A DNA stretch of 63,866 nt, counting the filler, from Corallochytrium limacisporum Hawaii (taxonomy: Eukaryota; Protista; Pluriformea): the NCBI GenBank assembly GCA_002811645.1. It is 5 parts of 5 records of this genome, joined end to end, with 100 filler letters (N's around TTAATTAATTAA, not from the genome) between each part and the next. Parts side by side here need not be neighbours in the genome. Positions count along the whole stretch, not along the records: positions 11,656 to 22,488 come from PDIP01000122.1; positions 22,589 to 28,102 come from PDIP01000218.1; 3 more parts are not named here. One strand, given 5' to 3'. Shown here piece by piece: positions 11,718-22,972 of the stretch; within the stretch, counting starts at the first letter, position 1, and each line of letters opens with the position of its first letter. The notes below the pieces were generated by a model that saw only the letters and a program-made list of their open reading frames with translations, had not been told where the DNA came from and ran no database searches. The position numbers were made by a program, and so were the translations under genes.

Positions 11718-14415
11718 CTCATTAGGAATACCCCTCTTCGGCGGACCTAATTGCATTTCGCACTGTTCATTTCACCTAGTGCTTGGACACAACGATTACG
11801 TGGATAGGACGAGACAAACGGCAGGAACCATGGAGCCAAGAAGGTTGGGGGGGGGGGGGAGGGGAGGAGGGGAGAAGGGCTTTTCCTAGACGGCCCGTGA
11901 GGAACGTGCCGGCGATCATAAACACCCTTCCCGCAGGGCAAAGATGAAATCCACAAACAGCTGGGAGATGTCGGTGCCCGATGGCCGAGGTATTGCCGTG
12001 CCTGACCCATTGAAAACAGTACCCAATATCAGGGGCCGATGCGCGGTCCACATTCGATCCACGAGGAAGCAGCAACTATCTAAAGCTCCATCACGTCTGG
12101 AACAGGTTTTCCAATACATGGCGCATATGAACGAGTTGCGCGGAGATCGGGTGCTCGTGCCAGTGTCGTCCCCGTTGCTGACCGTTCCAAATACTGAAAC
12201 ACCCAAGCAAACCCCTCTGCGATGACGACTTCAACTGATGACGAACCCAAGAGGCAATTTCTATTTTCTACCCCAACCGGCAGTACCAAGGCACGAGTGC
12301 TGTGCTTTGGTACCGGTTGCCTGCCCCCCCCCCCGGGGGAGGGGGGCCAACCCAAGAATCGCGGTAGATCCGGCAGGTGCAACAAAAAATCTCTGTTCTT
12401 TGACCCGCAAGAAAACCCACCCCCCCCCCTCCCAAGAAAACTCCGTCGCCGAGGGGTTCAGTGAATCCACGAAACGGACACCGGTAAACGCGAAGGGCCT
12501 CTCCTTTTTCAGGAAGAAAGACGGGGGGGAGGAGGGGGAGAGGAGTGAGAGTGAGGAGTCGTGAGCACAGGGGGGGAGGCATGAACTGGAACTCCACACA
12601 GATCGAATCCGCCATGGTTGCAAGGAACCCACGACGAAATTTTTTATACCTTCCGGTGCCTTTCTTTCCTTGAAATACAATACAAACATGGATACCGGAA
12701 AACTGTTCCTTTTGCCATAGGGAAAGTACGTGCTCTATCTCATCGATCCTCCCATTCCCATCACACCTCTCCTTCCCTAATCCTCTCTCCTCCCCGTGGT
12801 GCCCGATCGATTGTGCCCGTGCCCTTCTCTCGCAAAGCGAGTGCTGGGACGCTTCGTGCCGATGGGAGAAGACAACAACAGAAATTAATGGTTTTGGGGG
12901 AGGGTGGGGTTTTCGGAAGCGCGCCGGTGAAGAGCGCCCCAGAGTGAGCCGAGAGTGAGACAGAGCACGCGAGAGCGACAGGTGGAGGGATGCGTGTGTC
13001 GGTAAAGGTCCCCTCCCCCAGGGCCTCTCTCCTGCCTCAGTCTACCCAAGAACACAGAATAAAAATGGAACTTTGCCAGCCCAGCTTGGTTTCAAGTGTC
13101 TCGGCCATATCCAGACAGTGGGACAATTACAGCAGCAGAAAAAAATACCTGTAAAACAGGTCCCATCAGCCCCTTTTCCTCTTGGGTTCCACATACTTTT
13201 TCCATAGTCCTCGGGAGAGAGAGAGTGGGAGAGGCAGACGAGAATCCAAAACTAAAGGACAGTCAGGTACTTTCAGTACGGGATACCCGCCCTATGCAAG
13301 AAAACCATTGACACTTACACACACACACTCACATACACACCCAATTGGGGGATGAAGGGGGGGGGGGGGGGTACCAATCGTCGTGACCGATTATGGTTAA
13401 AGACGGGCAAAGAGGGAAGGAAAAATTAGAGCCCAAAAAATCATGCTTCGTCAGCGGGTTCGTCATGGCCAAAGGGCCTCCCTCAGTCTCACTGTCTCCA
13501 TTGCGATCTCCACCTTCGGCTAAAGATCCCCTTTCTTTTTTTTTCCTCAAGCAAACAGAACTGAACTCGGCGTTTCTCTCAGTACTCAACGAGTCAGACT
13601 CGATTTTCCGTGTTACTTTTTTTTTTTGGTTCCCTTGTTCTGCTCACCCTGCGCAGTACGGAGGCAAGGGGGTTAGTCCTTCTTGCTCACATCCAAAGCT
13701 CTTGAATTGCTCTTTCTCTCTCTCTCTCTCTCTCTCTCACTCACTCTCTCCCTTGCTTGTGCCTTGTGAGTGGACGGGGGCGAGATTTGAAACAGAACAA
13801 GGAACGAGGCCCGAGAGTTCCAAAGAAAAAGCCATAGTCGATGCGGTACTGGGAGTACTGCATCGACGGAACCATTTCTGTCCCTGCCGGCTGCTGGTAG
13901 ATACACCCGTCCGGGATGGGAGCGGAGCCGATGAGCGAAGTATACGGGCGGCCAGATGGAGGGTGTGATCGCACACTGCTGCGCAGTATATCGAACACGA
14001 CAGCAAAGATGGTCGTAATCGTGCTTTGTGCAGTGTGATAAGCGTGCACACTTGGGAGTCTTTATCAGTTGAGGTCGACTCGTGCGCACTGGATCAGGTG
14101 GTGTTGTGCACGACAAGGTATCTCGAACGGGTCAGCCTCTGGATATTGAATGGTAGACGGTAATCGCTTACGGACCGGCATTGTACATAGAAATACGGAC
14201 AGGTGAAAAAGACAGGACATATTCCTCTCTGACCACAACGAAACGAAAAGATTGTAGCATATTGGGTATATCCCCTTGAGACTTACGTATTAATCGAGAG
14301 TTTACCGAAAGTGAACCAGGACAATACACGTACACTCTTAAATACGCGCACGCACACACGTCGCAAACACACAGACACACACACACAGGGGCAGACAACG
14401 CGAGAGAACCCAAGC

Positions 14416-15324
14416 ATGGACCATCGAACGGGACTTGAAAATGCTCTCGAAGCATTGTCTTTGGGCAGAAACCTGTCTAGCCACAAACAAGTAATCGATC
14501 CGGGCTTGGAAATCATGGCTGAGCTGCTGCAGAAGGACATTGAGGAGCGCATGGAGCTCATGGACAGCCTCTACAACACTCAGTTCTGTGACTGGGTACA
14601 GGACCAGGACAATTACGACACTGTCCTCACGAATCTACAGACCATCCTGAGGGAAGATGCCATTGACATTGAAACGGTAGCGAAGGGGCTGGTCTTCATC
14701 ACTCGGGGATGGACCGTGGGCAATATTGTAGCCTTGCTGAGGCAAACAACATGCCACTGGCAACTGCAGCGTCTCACGGATTTTCTGACTCTGTTTTTTG
14801 CGGGTGTAAGCCTGACTGACAAGGAGCGCAATGATGCTGTGGCGGTATTCGTGGCTGACATGGACGGTGCTCTGGGCTCGCACATTGTACAGCGGGTCGT
14901 GTCTTCGTGGGAGGTGGACTCTGTGGTGCAGCTTCTGAACCCGCTAAGCATTGTCTGGGAACAAGGCACCTTGCGTTCGTTTTCTCGGCAATACGTGACC
15001 ATGTTGCAGGGACGAGTGTGCGAGGAGAAGATTGCGACCATGCGCAACCTCAAGACTCTCTACGAGACAAAGATGGCCCTGGCCGAGCTGAAGCTGAGCG
15101 TGGCTCGCTACAACGTGACCCTCGCCCAGTACAGCAGCCCCCGGGACTCCCCCCGCAGCAATACCACCGAGGGTGATAGCATCAATAGCGACTGCTTGGA
15201 TGACCTGGAGGATCTCGAGCAGTTCGAGTGCGGTGACACCGGAACGGAGCGTACTGAACGCGGCAGGCTGGCCCTGCGGCGGCTCACCTCGGTAGGTGGT
15301 GAGAGCAGTGTTGGTGAAGAATAG
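14416..15324 (+). CDS. Hypothetical alpha-helical protein (~302 aa) with ~16-aa Trp-ended repeats and a C-terminal coiled coil/acidic tail
   Basis: First ATG (MDHRTGLE) inside ORF 14311-15324. G/C-ending codon bias like neighbouring genes. No family recognised. Confidence 0.8.
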   Translation: MDHRTGLENALEALSLGRNLSSHKQVIDPGLEIMAELLQKDIEERMELMDSLYNTQFCDWVQDQDNYDTVLTNLQTILREDAIDIETVAKGLVFITRGWTVGNIVALLRQTTCHWQLQRLTDFLTLFFAGVSLTDKERNDAVAVFVADMDGALGSHIVQRVVSSWEVDSVVQLLNPLSIVWEQGTLRSFSRQYVTMLQGRVCEEKIATMRNLKTLYETKMALAELKLSVARYNVTLAQYSSPRDSPRSNTTEGDSINSDCLDDLEDLEQFECGDTGTERTERGRLALRRLTSVGGESSVGEE

Positions 15325-16586
15325 AACATCAGAATGCAGGCATTCGCAATTCTTCTTTAAGGCATCATCATCATGAGGAGAAAAACTCCATCAGCATCGT
15401 AATATTCATAACATCATATACATACATTGAACATGTTCATTCATCGCATGCCCATCGCCACTACAGCTCCCCTGACCCGTCACCAGTACGCATTCTAGCC
15501 GTATGTAAATATACGATAACTCGCAAGAAATATTGTACATTTCAACACCCTTGTCACATCTCCCTCCGTAAAATTCAGACCCCCACGAAATACATACTAT
15601 TTTAAACCATGTTTCAAAGGTATATTAAATTACCTGTCCTAACCCGCCCCCACAGGACATAGCATGGCTGCAGGAGCGAATACGGGGGGATGAAATCAAG
15701 GAGCGTATCATTATCAGTCAGTTCTCCGGTTTTCTATTTTGCATTCGGTAGAAAAACACGGTTTACCTACATCATCTACCGAAGAAATCTCAACCCAAAA
15801 ATCAACCACCACGACAGACAGTGGGGAGGGTGTGTGTGTGGGGCAGGTGGCACCTCTCTGGACATTTCTTTTTGCCCAGCACGACCGAGACACAAGCACG
15901 GGACTACGGCACAAAATAAAAGAAAGGAATAAGAAAAAAACAAAAAATAGAAAGATAAAAATAAAAGACACACTGTCCCACACACACTCTCTCTCTCTTC
16001 GGCAACCAAACCCTTCTTCTTCTCTCATCACATCGTTTCCTCCCCCTTCTTCACTACCACCACGCCACGCATCCTACGCAACAACACACAGGAACCAAAT
16101 AAAAAATAACAAACATAAACACCCAAAAATAAAGAGGAACTGTGCACCTCTCTCTCTCTGTGGGTCTTGCCCCGCCTCGCGCTCTCTCTCTCTCTCTCTC
16201 TCCCTGCCCGCGAGTGTGTCCCCGTCCCTCCCGCTTCCCAGGTGTAGCAGTGAAATAGGACCCCCGCTCCCGGTTGTCCAAGCCCACAAGTCCGTAAGCA
16301 ATTTCCCGCACATTCACTACCGGCGAAGTGTGTGTTTTTTAACATCCAACAACCCGGAGCAAACGGAAGGGGTGTGTGTGGGTGTGTGGAGGGTTCGCGC
16401 AGGAGCCCGAAAAAAGAAAAAGGGGTCCGAGCCAGGGAGGAGGGGGTAGCCAGGTGGCATAGTTAGGAATACGCACATGACATCTCAGTACATTCGCGAT
16501 GGACAATCTGGATCCGCCCGCGATGTGACGGGGTGGGAAGGGGGGCCCTAATGTTTTCTCTTTTTTTCTCTCTTTCTTCTTGTTCT

Positions 16587-16702
16587 TCTCTCTCTCTCTC
16601 TTCCTTCTTTTTTTTTTTTGCCATTTCTTTTTGCTCTCTCTCTCTCTCTCTCTTCCTTGTTTTTTTTTTTTGCCATTTCTTTTTGCTCTCTCTCTCTCTC
16701 TC
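16587..16702. repeat. Two-copy ~52-bp pyrimidine-rich tandem duplication
   Basis: TTCCTT-Tn-GCCATTTCTTTTTGC-(TC)n occurs twice in tandem. Confidence 0.8.
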
Positions 16703-17452
16703 TGTGTTTGGGTTTTGGCGAAGGGGTTCTACTTCTCCCGTGGCCTCTGGTCACCACCCAATCAGCAGCCATCCTCGGGCCCAGCGGTTTCTGCCTGCTT
16801 CTCTTCCAATTACCACTGGTACTCTTTTAGCACCACACCACTCCGCATTTTCCTTTCCTTTTTTTTTTCCTTCTCCCTTTGCCCTTTTTTGCTTATAGGC
16901 AAGCTTAACGCCGCAAATTTACACTGGGGCAGAGCCAGAAAAGGGGGAGACCGTTCGCTTCGGTTGGGGTTGTGCTGGGTTAGGCTTCCGAGAGAGAGAG
17001 AGAGAGAGAGGGAGGAGGGGAGGGGGGGAGAGCACAAAAGTCCTTTTTATTTTTTACGGTGAACCAACCTTCCTCTCCCTCCCCCCCCGGGGGGGAGGAG
17101 GGTACCAAGCAGCAAATCCAGGAAAAAGTAGGGATGAGACCCAGGGGGAGGGACAGAGGGCGAGAGGGGGTGGGGGAGGGGGGCCACAATTGGCGGTGGG
17201 GGGGTTGGAGTTTTGGGTGGTGAAAGTGCTGGCCTTTTGGGAAAACGGGGCGGAAAAGACCGCCGTAGCAAATCACTGTTGTAGATGACGCAGGTTTCTG
17301 GATCCTTTGGTGTCTCACTGCGTTTAGGTTGATCCCATTCTTCCATTTACTCGACTTGGTACTTGAATAAGAGCACACGCTTGTATCCCAAGGGATATGG
17401 GAGCACCATCTACGGCATACACCACATAGGCAACAAGCGGGTACAGGTCACG

Positions 17453-20260
17453 ATGGACAAGGACCGCTCGAAGCTGGAGGACGAACAGCTTAAGGCTTTG
17501 AAGAAAGCCATCACTCCGGAGGAGGATGCGCCGAAGCCCAAGCATGTTCGAAGTGCCATTATTGTCACACACGAGCATCGGACCAGTGACATCTTCTGGA
17601 CCGCTCTGCGCAAGATCCCCCTGGGAACTGACCAGGTCGTGGCCTGGAAAGGCTTGATTGTGATCCACAAACTGCTCCAGGACGGCTGGCCGGGAAGTAT
17701 TCAGGAATTCATTGCCAGAAAGGATCTTCTACGGCAACTAGGTGCCCAATGGGGCTCCCGTCACGTGCCCCTAAGCACCCTCATTGTGGACTACACGAGC
17801 TTCCTCATCTCCAAGCTGGATATTCACGAAAAGTACCATGAACTGCAGGGAAATTACGACGTCAGTCAGTACGAGCGGACCAGGCTGTCGCAGCTAGATG
17901 GGCCGGAGTTGGCTCAGCTGGCCACTGATCTTCAAGACGAGCAGGACAGGGCCATTGAATTGTGCGTAAATGTGATGGGCAGCATGAGTTCGGTAGACAG
18001 CGGCATCAATCGGTGCCGCTGTGGTGCCCTCGTCCCACTGTGTGCGGAGACGTACAACATTTACCAGATTGTGCGCAAGATCATCATTCGATGCCACGAG
18101 ATTCCGGGCATGATTGAACGTATGACAACCATTCGCAATCGGTTTGCTCTGCAGCATCAACAGCTGTACGAGTTCTACTTTGATGCGGGCAATCTCAAGA
18201 CGTTGACGCAGCTTACTACTGTACCCACTCTGCCCATTGAAGCACCCAAGTTTGTTCCCCATGAACGGCCACCTCCTAAGGTCGAGCTGCGTCCCAAATT
18301 TGAGGACAAGTTCATGACCTTCGACACAACGCCCAAGGCATTCGATTTTGGACCGACCAAGGAGCAGCAGGAGATTAACCGCCTGCTCGCGATCATCGAT
18401 GAACTACGGAGACGCATCCGGGAGCTGGAGGCTGAGAATGACCAATTGCGCATGCGTATCGCTCAGCTGGAACAGGATCAGGGCAATAATGAGGCCCTCC
18501 TGCGGGAAGTCGAGCGCTGGAAGAAGTTGTGCTTTGCCGAGAAGCAGCGGGCCCAAGAACTGGAGAACGCCGCCCAAGAGGCTCTGTCCAAGCTTCGTGC
18601 TGAACAGGCCAAGCCAAAGGTCATGGAGGACAAGATGAAGAAGGCCATGGAAATGTACCAAAATCTCCGCACGGAGCACCTCAATGCCCTGAAACAGGTC
18701 GGTGTGCTCAAGCGACAGGCGCAGGGCGTGGACCAGGCGAAGGACGACTACAATCGGCTTGACCGGGAATCCAAGGAAGAGATTGAGCGCCTTAAGCAGC
18801 GCGCCCGGGAGCTCAGCAAAAACCTGGAAGAGAGCTTGCAGGCTAAGGACAGCGGTCTGTCCACCATGATGAAGCAAATGGAAGAGAAGGACAAGGAGCT
18901 TGCGGACCTGCAGGCCAAGATCAACGAACTTACCCGTGTCTCCGAGGAAGCCGCCCGTGCAAAGGCCTTGGCGGCCGAGGGCTATAGTTCACAACTCGAT
19001 GAAGCCGCGCGCCAGGCCGCTGCCCAACAGAAGAAAGCGTACAGCCAACTGCTCAAGATCGCGAAGGGCCTTATCAACAATGGCGTGATGCGTTTCAATG
19101 ATCCTGGGTTCAATGGCACTGCTGATGTGCACATTGAGGACATTCTGGGGGCCAAGGAAGGCACTGAGAATGCCCTGAAGGCACTGCAGTCCCAACTGGT
19201 CGACATTATGAAGAAGGGTTACGTCGCGGGTGACGACGACGCTGTGGATCGCTTGAATGACGCGGCGAGCGACCTGGCAAACCATCTTGTTATGCTGTTG
19301 CAGGATGGCAAGGGTGGTCTCAGGTTGACCGACAGCGAGGACGTGGAGAAGGCACTGATGGAAAGTTTGAATGACATTGCGCAGGGTGTCTTGGGCTTCC
19401 TGGGACACGCCGATCCGGTCGGTGGCCTGTCCACTGAAGAGTCCCTGACCCAACGTGCCCGCGAACTTGCCGGTGTCATGGGTAAATTCGGCTCCACGGT
19501 AGAATCTCTGCAGCCCAAGACCATCGAGGAGGACGATCTCGAGGACGTCATCCAGAAGGAGATGGACCAGGCAGCTCGTGCGGTCGAGGAGGCCAGCCGG
19601 GCCATCGAAGAAATGCTGGCCAAGGCCCGCGCCGAGTTCAAGGGCATCAACCTCGATGTCAATGAAGCAATCCTTACGGCGGCTACGAAGCTTGTCGATT
19701 GCATCGGCGACCTCATCAAGAAATCGTCGGTTGTGCAGGACATTATTGTGCAGAGCGGCAAGGGCACCGGCAGTGCGATTGAATTCTACAAGAAGAACCA
19801 CCGCTGGACAGAGGGTCTGATTTCTGCCGCCAAGGCAGTCGGCTGGGCGGCTGGTGTGCTTGTGGAGTTCAGTGATGGTGTCTCCAGCGGTAAGGGCAAC
19901 TTCGAGGAGGTCATTGTCGGTGGTAAGGAGGTTGCAGCTTCCACAGCGCAGCTGGTCGCCGCCTCTCGCGTGAAGGCACCCCGTGGACCCCAACTGTCCA
20001 ACCTGGAGACCTCGTCTCGCAGTGTCAACGCTGCCGTCAAGGACTTGGTGAGCGCCGCCAAGAACGCCGCAGAAATGCTTCGCAAGAACACTGCGAGCCG
20101 TGAGAACCTGGCTGCGGACACTGCAAACCAATTGAAACGCATGGAAATGCAGCAACAGGTCAAGATCCTGCAGGCGGAGAAGCTGCTCGAGGCCGAGCGC
20201 AAGCGCCTGGCGGACATGCGCAAGAGCAATTACCATCTCAACGAGATTTCCGACGAATGA
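17453..20260 (+). CDS. HIP1: Huntingtin-interacting protein 1 / Sla2 family endocytic adaptor (ANTH + coiled coil + I/LWEQ)
   Basis: N-terminal ANTH (KKAITPEEDAPKPKHVRSAII, WKGLIVIHKLLQDG). Long central coiled coil. C-terminal talin-like THATCH domain (KNHRWTEGLISAAKAVGW, STAQLVAASRVKA). First ATG at 17453. Confidence 0.95.
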   Translation: MDKDRSKLEDEQLKALKKAITPEEDAPKPKHVRSAIIVTHEHRTSDIFWTALRKIPLGTDQVVAWKGLIVIHKLLQDGWPGSIQEFIARKDLLRQLGAQWGSRHVPLSTLIVDYTSFLISKLDIHEKYHELQGNYDVSQYERTRLSQLDGPELAQLATDLQDEQDRAIELCVNVMGSMSSVDSGINRCRCGALVPLCAETYNIYQIVRKIIIRCHEIPGMIERMTTIRNRFALQHQQLYEFYFDAGNLKTLTQLTTVPTLPIEAPKFVPHERPPPKVELRPKFEDKFMTFDTTPKAFDFGPTKEQQEINRLLAIIDELRRRIRELEAENDQLRMRIAQLEQDQGNNEALLREVERWKKLCFAEKQRAQELENAAQEALSKLRAEQAKPKVMEDKMKKAMEMYQNLRTEHLNALKQVGVLKRQAQGVDQAKDDYNRLDRESKEEIERLKQRARELSKNLEESLQAKDSGLSTMMKQMEEKDKELADLQAKINELTRVSEEAARAKALAAEGYSSQLDEAARQAAAQQKKAYSQLLKIAKGLINNGVMRFNDPGFNGTADVHIEDILGAKEGTENALKALQSQLVDIMKKGYVAGDDDAVDRLNDAASDLANHLVMLLQDGKGGLRLTDSEDVEKALMESLNDIAQGVLGFLGHADPVGGLSTEESLTQRARELAGVMGKFGSTVESLQPKTIEEDDLEDVIQKEMDQAARAVEEASRAIEEMLAKARAEFKGINLDVNEAILTAATKLVDCIGDLIKKSSVVQDIIVQSGKGTGSAIEFYKKNHRWTEGLISAAKAVGWAAGVLVEFSDGVSSGKGNFEEVIVGGKEVAASTAQLVAASRVKAPRGPQLSNLETSSRSVNAAVKDLVSAAKNAAEMLRKNTASRENLAADTANQLKRMEMQQQVKILQAEKLLEAERKRLADMRKSNYHLNEISDE

Positions 20261-20423
20261 AGACGGTTGCTCACGAATATCTTCACCGTGTTTCATAATC
20301 ACATTTACAAAAACAAATACAATGCTGTTTTGACACCAAGAGACTAAGCCACGTGTTTGTTTGCTGTTGGAATAAAATATGATAGTTGATTTCCTAATTT
20401 CTGAAACGTAGTTTGCACTGCAA

Positions 20424-21713
20424 TCATGAGTGCTTCTTGCTTTCGCGATAGTTCTGGACCTTTCGCCGCTGGCGGACGTACAGTACGCCCTGCACTGTGG
20501 CCAGCGTGGCCAGCAGCACAGTACAGACAATATATGGCGTGTGATTGTAGCCATCGCCGGTGTCCGTGACGCCCTCAACGTTCTCTTCACCGCGCTTAAT
20601 GTCGTCGGCTCTTACTTGGTTTACCTCGCCCTCAGGAATAAAGGCTGGCGCGGTCCACGCATCTTCGGGGTTCGATTCTTGTGCCGGGTCGCAGTCCTCA
20701 TTGGCTTGGCAAGGGCGCGTCTCCCGGATGGAAGGACATGGGTCGCCCCGTTGCTCTGGTTCGAGAAAGACCCGACGATACCGTGCTTGTGTGCCCTGGC
20801 CACAAGGCACGCTGCATTCCGACCACTCGAGCCACTCGCCGATAACACAATCTACGTCGGTGTCATAGACGTTGTTCCAGTCCGAGTTTCTCGGAATGTA
20901 TTGCGTGAAACCGACAGCACTCGTTGGCAATTCGTTGCCAAAGAAAATAGTCAGAAGCGACACGGCATCCGTTAGAGAGCGCAAGTAGACCTCGTTGTAG
21001 TAGCCGTGCAAGTAGACAAATTGTTGGCTCAGGTCGTCGTCCTTGCAGGGCACCAGGCCGGCCTCAACAGCATCGTTGGTGATCGTGATCCGACTGTCTT
21101 TCGGCAGGAGCGAGAGACACAGACCCTTGTCCGGTCCCGTGCTCACGGCCATGCGCGACTTCTCATCAAGATGCCAGATCAGGGTATCATCACTGTCGCA
21201 GGCGCCCATTTTGAAGACTTTGGTAGCGATCTTTGCCACCGGGTCATCGGCGGGTTCAACAGGTGTCGACTGGAGGCAGGTCGTGGCCAAATCGGACTGC
21301 AATTTAAAGTTCCACCGCCGCTCATTGTTCTGCAGTTGGCATTTCTGGTCCAGGTTACACCACAAGCCAATTCCGCACTGCTGTGTGTTGAGATCCGAGC
21401 AGTCAGCACCCGCAAGGCTGTACGTCTGACAATACGCTACCGGTGTCTGGCTAAATTCACAGAACGTTCCCAGCGGACACGTCCGACTGTCCAGGCACTT
21501 AGCTGTGTCTTTGACGTAGCAGTCGTCGCCGTCCTTGTGGCACGCTGCATTATTGCACGCATCTTGGCAGGTTCCATCATCGATCATGTCGTTGGTGCAG
21601 CCCGGACTGCACTCTTCTGCGTTGCCGGTGGGCAGGCTGGCGAACCCGGTCTGAGCCTCGGTGACCTGCGCATACACCAGCGCCACTGAAAATGCTGTAA
21701 ATGCCCCACGCAT
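20424..21713 (-). CDS. Type I membrane protein: signal peptide, LNR (Notch-repeat-like), Cys-rich segment, ricin-B-like lectin segment, spondin-type TSP1, TM
   Basis: Signal MRGAFTAFSVALVYAQVTEA. LNR-like CSPGCTNDMIDDGTCQDACNNAACHKDGDDC. Ricin-like CL...C....LIW and CL...C....QQF. TSP1 DCVIGEWLEWSECSVPCGQGTQARYR. TM YIVCTVLLATLATVQGVLYV followed by a basic tail. Confidence 0.88.
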   Translation of the reverse strand: MRGAFTAFSVALVYAQVTEAQTGFASLPTGNAEECSPGCTNDMIDDGTCQDACNNAACHKDGDDCYVKDTAKCLDSRTCPLGTFCEFSQTPVAYCQTYSLAGADCSDLNTQQCGIGLWCNLDQKCQLQNNERRWNFKLQSDLATTCLQSTPVEPADDPVAKIATKVFKMGACDSDDTLIWHLDEKSRMAVSTGPDKGLCLSLLPKDSRITITNDAVEAGLVPCKDDDLSQQFVYLHGYYNEVYLRSLTDAVSLLTIFFGNELPTSAVGFTQYIPRNSDWNNVYDTDVDCVIGEWLEWSECSVPCGQGTQARYRRVFLEPEQRGDPCPSIRETRPCQANEDCDPAQESNPEDAWTAPAFIPEGEVNQVRADDIKRGEENVEGVTDTGDGYNHTPYIVCTVLLATLATVQGVLYVRQRRKVQNYRESKKHS

Positions 21714-22410
21714 GATGTTACGTTACTATCTTGTCCCTTTTCCCAAATCTAACCTTGAGTGAGTCCTGATATGTCCCAAACGGTCTTCAGATTCTTCTCA
21801 AGCGTATGCTCATTTGCTCAACGATCTCCACGAACATTTACAGTTTTCTGACCACCGAAGCGGATTGACTTCCAACGTAGTCACACGTACCTTTTTAAAT
21901 ATACAATCCAAAGCAACATTGTTCAAAACATACACCAAAAGTAAAACGTACGCAATGGTCACTTGAGCCAACAACAAAAAACAACAAGAATGTGACAGCG
22001 TTTGGTACACGGTGCAAAAACGGGGGTGGTCTCTCTGACCACAACCCCACTTCCCCTGCGTTGTGGCCCGGCTGCTGCCCCTACTCTAAAAATGCTCCCC
22101 ACTACCCCCGAAAAGAAAACGTCTCAGGGAGGACTGAAATCTATCGGTCGCGAGGGGTGGGGCAAATTAAGTACCACGTACTGATTCTGATACACTCACT
22201 ATGAAATAGCCACATGCCCCCCCGGGGGGGGGGTGCTCCCCGTCAAAACCCCCCTCCCAACCGCTGCTACTCTCTGCCCGTGCAAATATTATTGGGTGAA
22301 GGCCCCCCCCCGGGGAGTAGGGTTCTCAGGTGAGGCCAATCCGGAAAATTAGGCCCCGAATGAACGGAGAATAATCCGGGACATCTTACCCATTTTGAAC
22401 TTGTTCAATC

Positions 22411-22445
22411 GTACCACCCTCTGTCTCATAATATTAGGCCGAATC
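22411..22445 (-). repeat. 35-bp contig-end motif, copy 2
   Basis: GATTCG GCCT AATATT ATGAGA CAGAGG GTGGTAC, 43 bp from the gap. Confidence 0.8.
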
Positions 22446-22588
22446 TATTCAAATCACATTCATTCGAATCCCGACCGCTGTGGCGGGANNNNNNNNNNNN
22501 NNNNNNNNNNNNNNNNNNNNNNNNNNNNNNNNTTAATTAATTAANNNNNNNNNNNNNNNNNNNNNNNNNNNNNNNNNNNNNNNNNNNN

Positions 22589-22972
22589 CCTCAATTAGTT
22601 GTGACTCAGGAAAGTATTTTCCGGGACACGGTAAATCATCCGGCAAAAATCTCCCAATGGACCAGGATTTCCTTCTGCGACAAGGACTACTTCAAGACAA
22701 ATGGAGCTTGCCCGCACGTCCATCAGGAGGACGTCCGCAGCCTCGCCAACCCCTACCAATACAAGGACTGATGCAAGCTCAACAAGTATACTCTGTCCGC
22801 TGTGGGTGCCAATTGCTATTTCAACCATGACGAGGACCCCACAGTGGTCGGCACCTGCGCGATTTGCAATTCTGAACCAGTGGGCCACCAGTGTCGTGCC
22901 GAGAGGCGCAACAAGTGTGTTGAGCCGGAAAAGGAAGCCCAATGTGATCACCCTATCTGCTTGCCCAACTAA
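22589..22972 (+). pseudogene. 3' fragment of a Cys-rich protein gene with an in-frame TGA
   Basis: Frame is open from the gap edge: ...FCDKDYFKTNGACPHVHQEDVRSLANPYQYKD*CKLNKYTLSAVGANCYFNHDEDPTVVGTCAICNSEPVGHQCRAERRNKCVEPEKEAQCDHPICLPN*. Coding-like codon usage on both sides of the TGA at 22769-22771. Confidence 0.55.

Noticed and set aside
18989-20590. 533-aa minus-strand ORF
   Set aside because: Antisense shadow of the codon-biased HIP1 gene.
22769-22774. TGA-TGC read as selenocysteine-cysteine
   Set aside because: No SECIS identified and no redox fold; a Trp-to-stop change or sequencing error is simpler.
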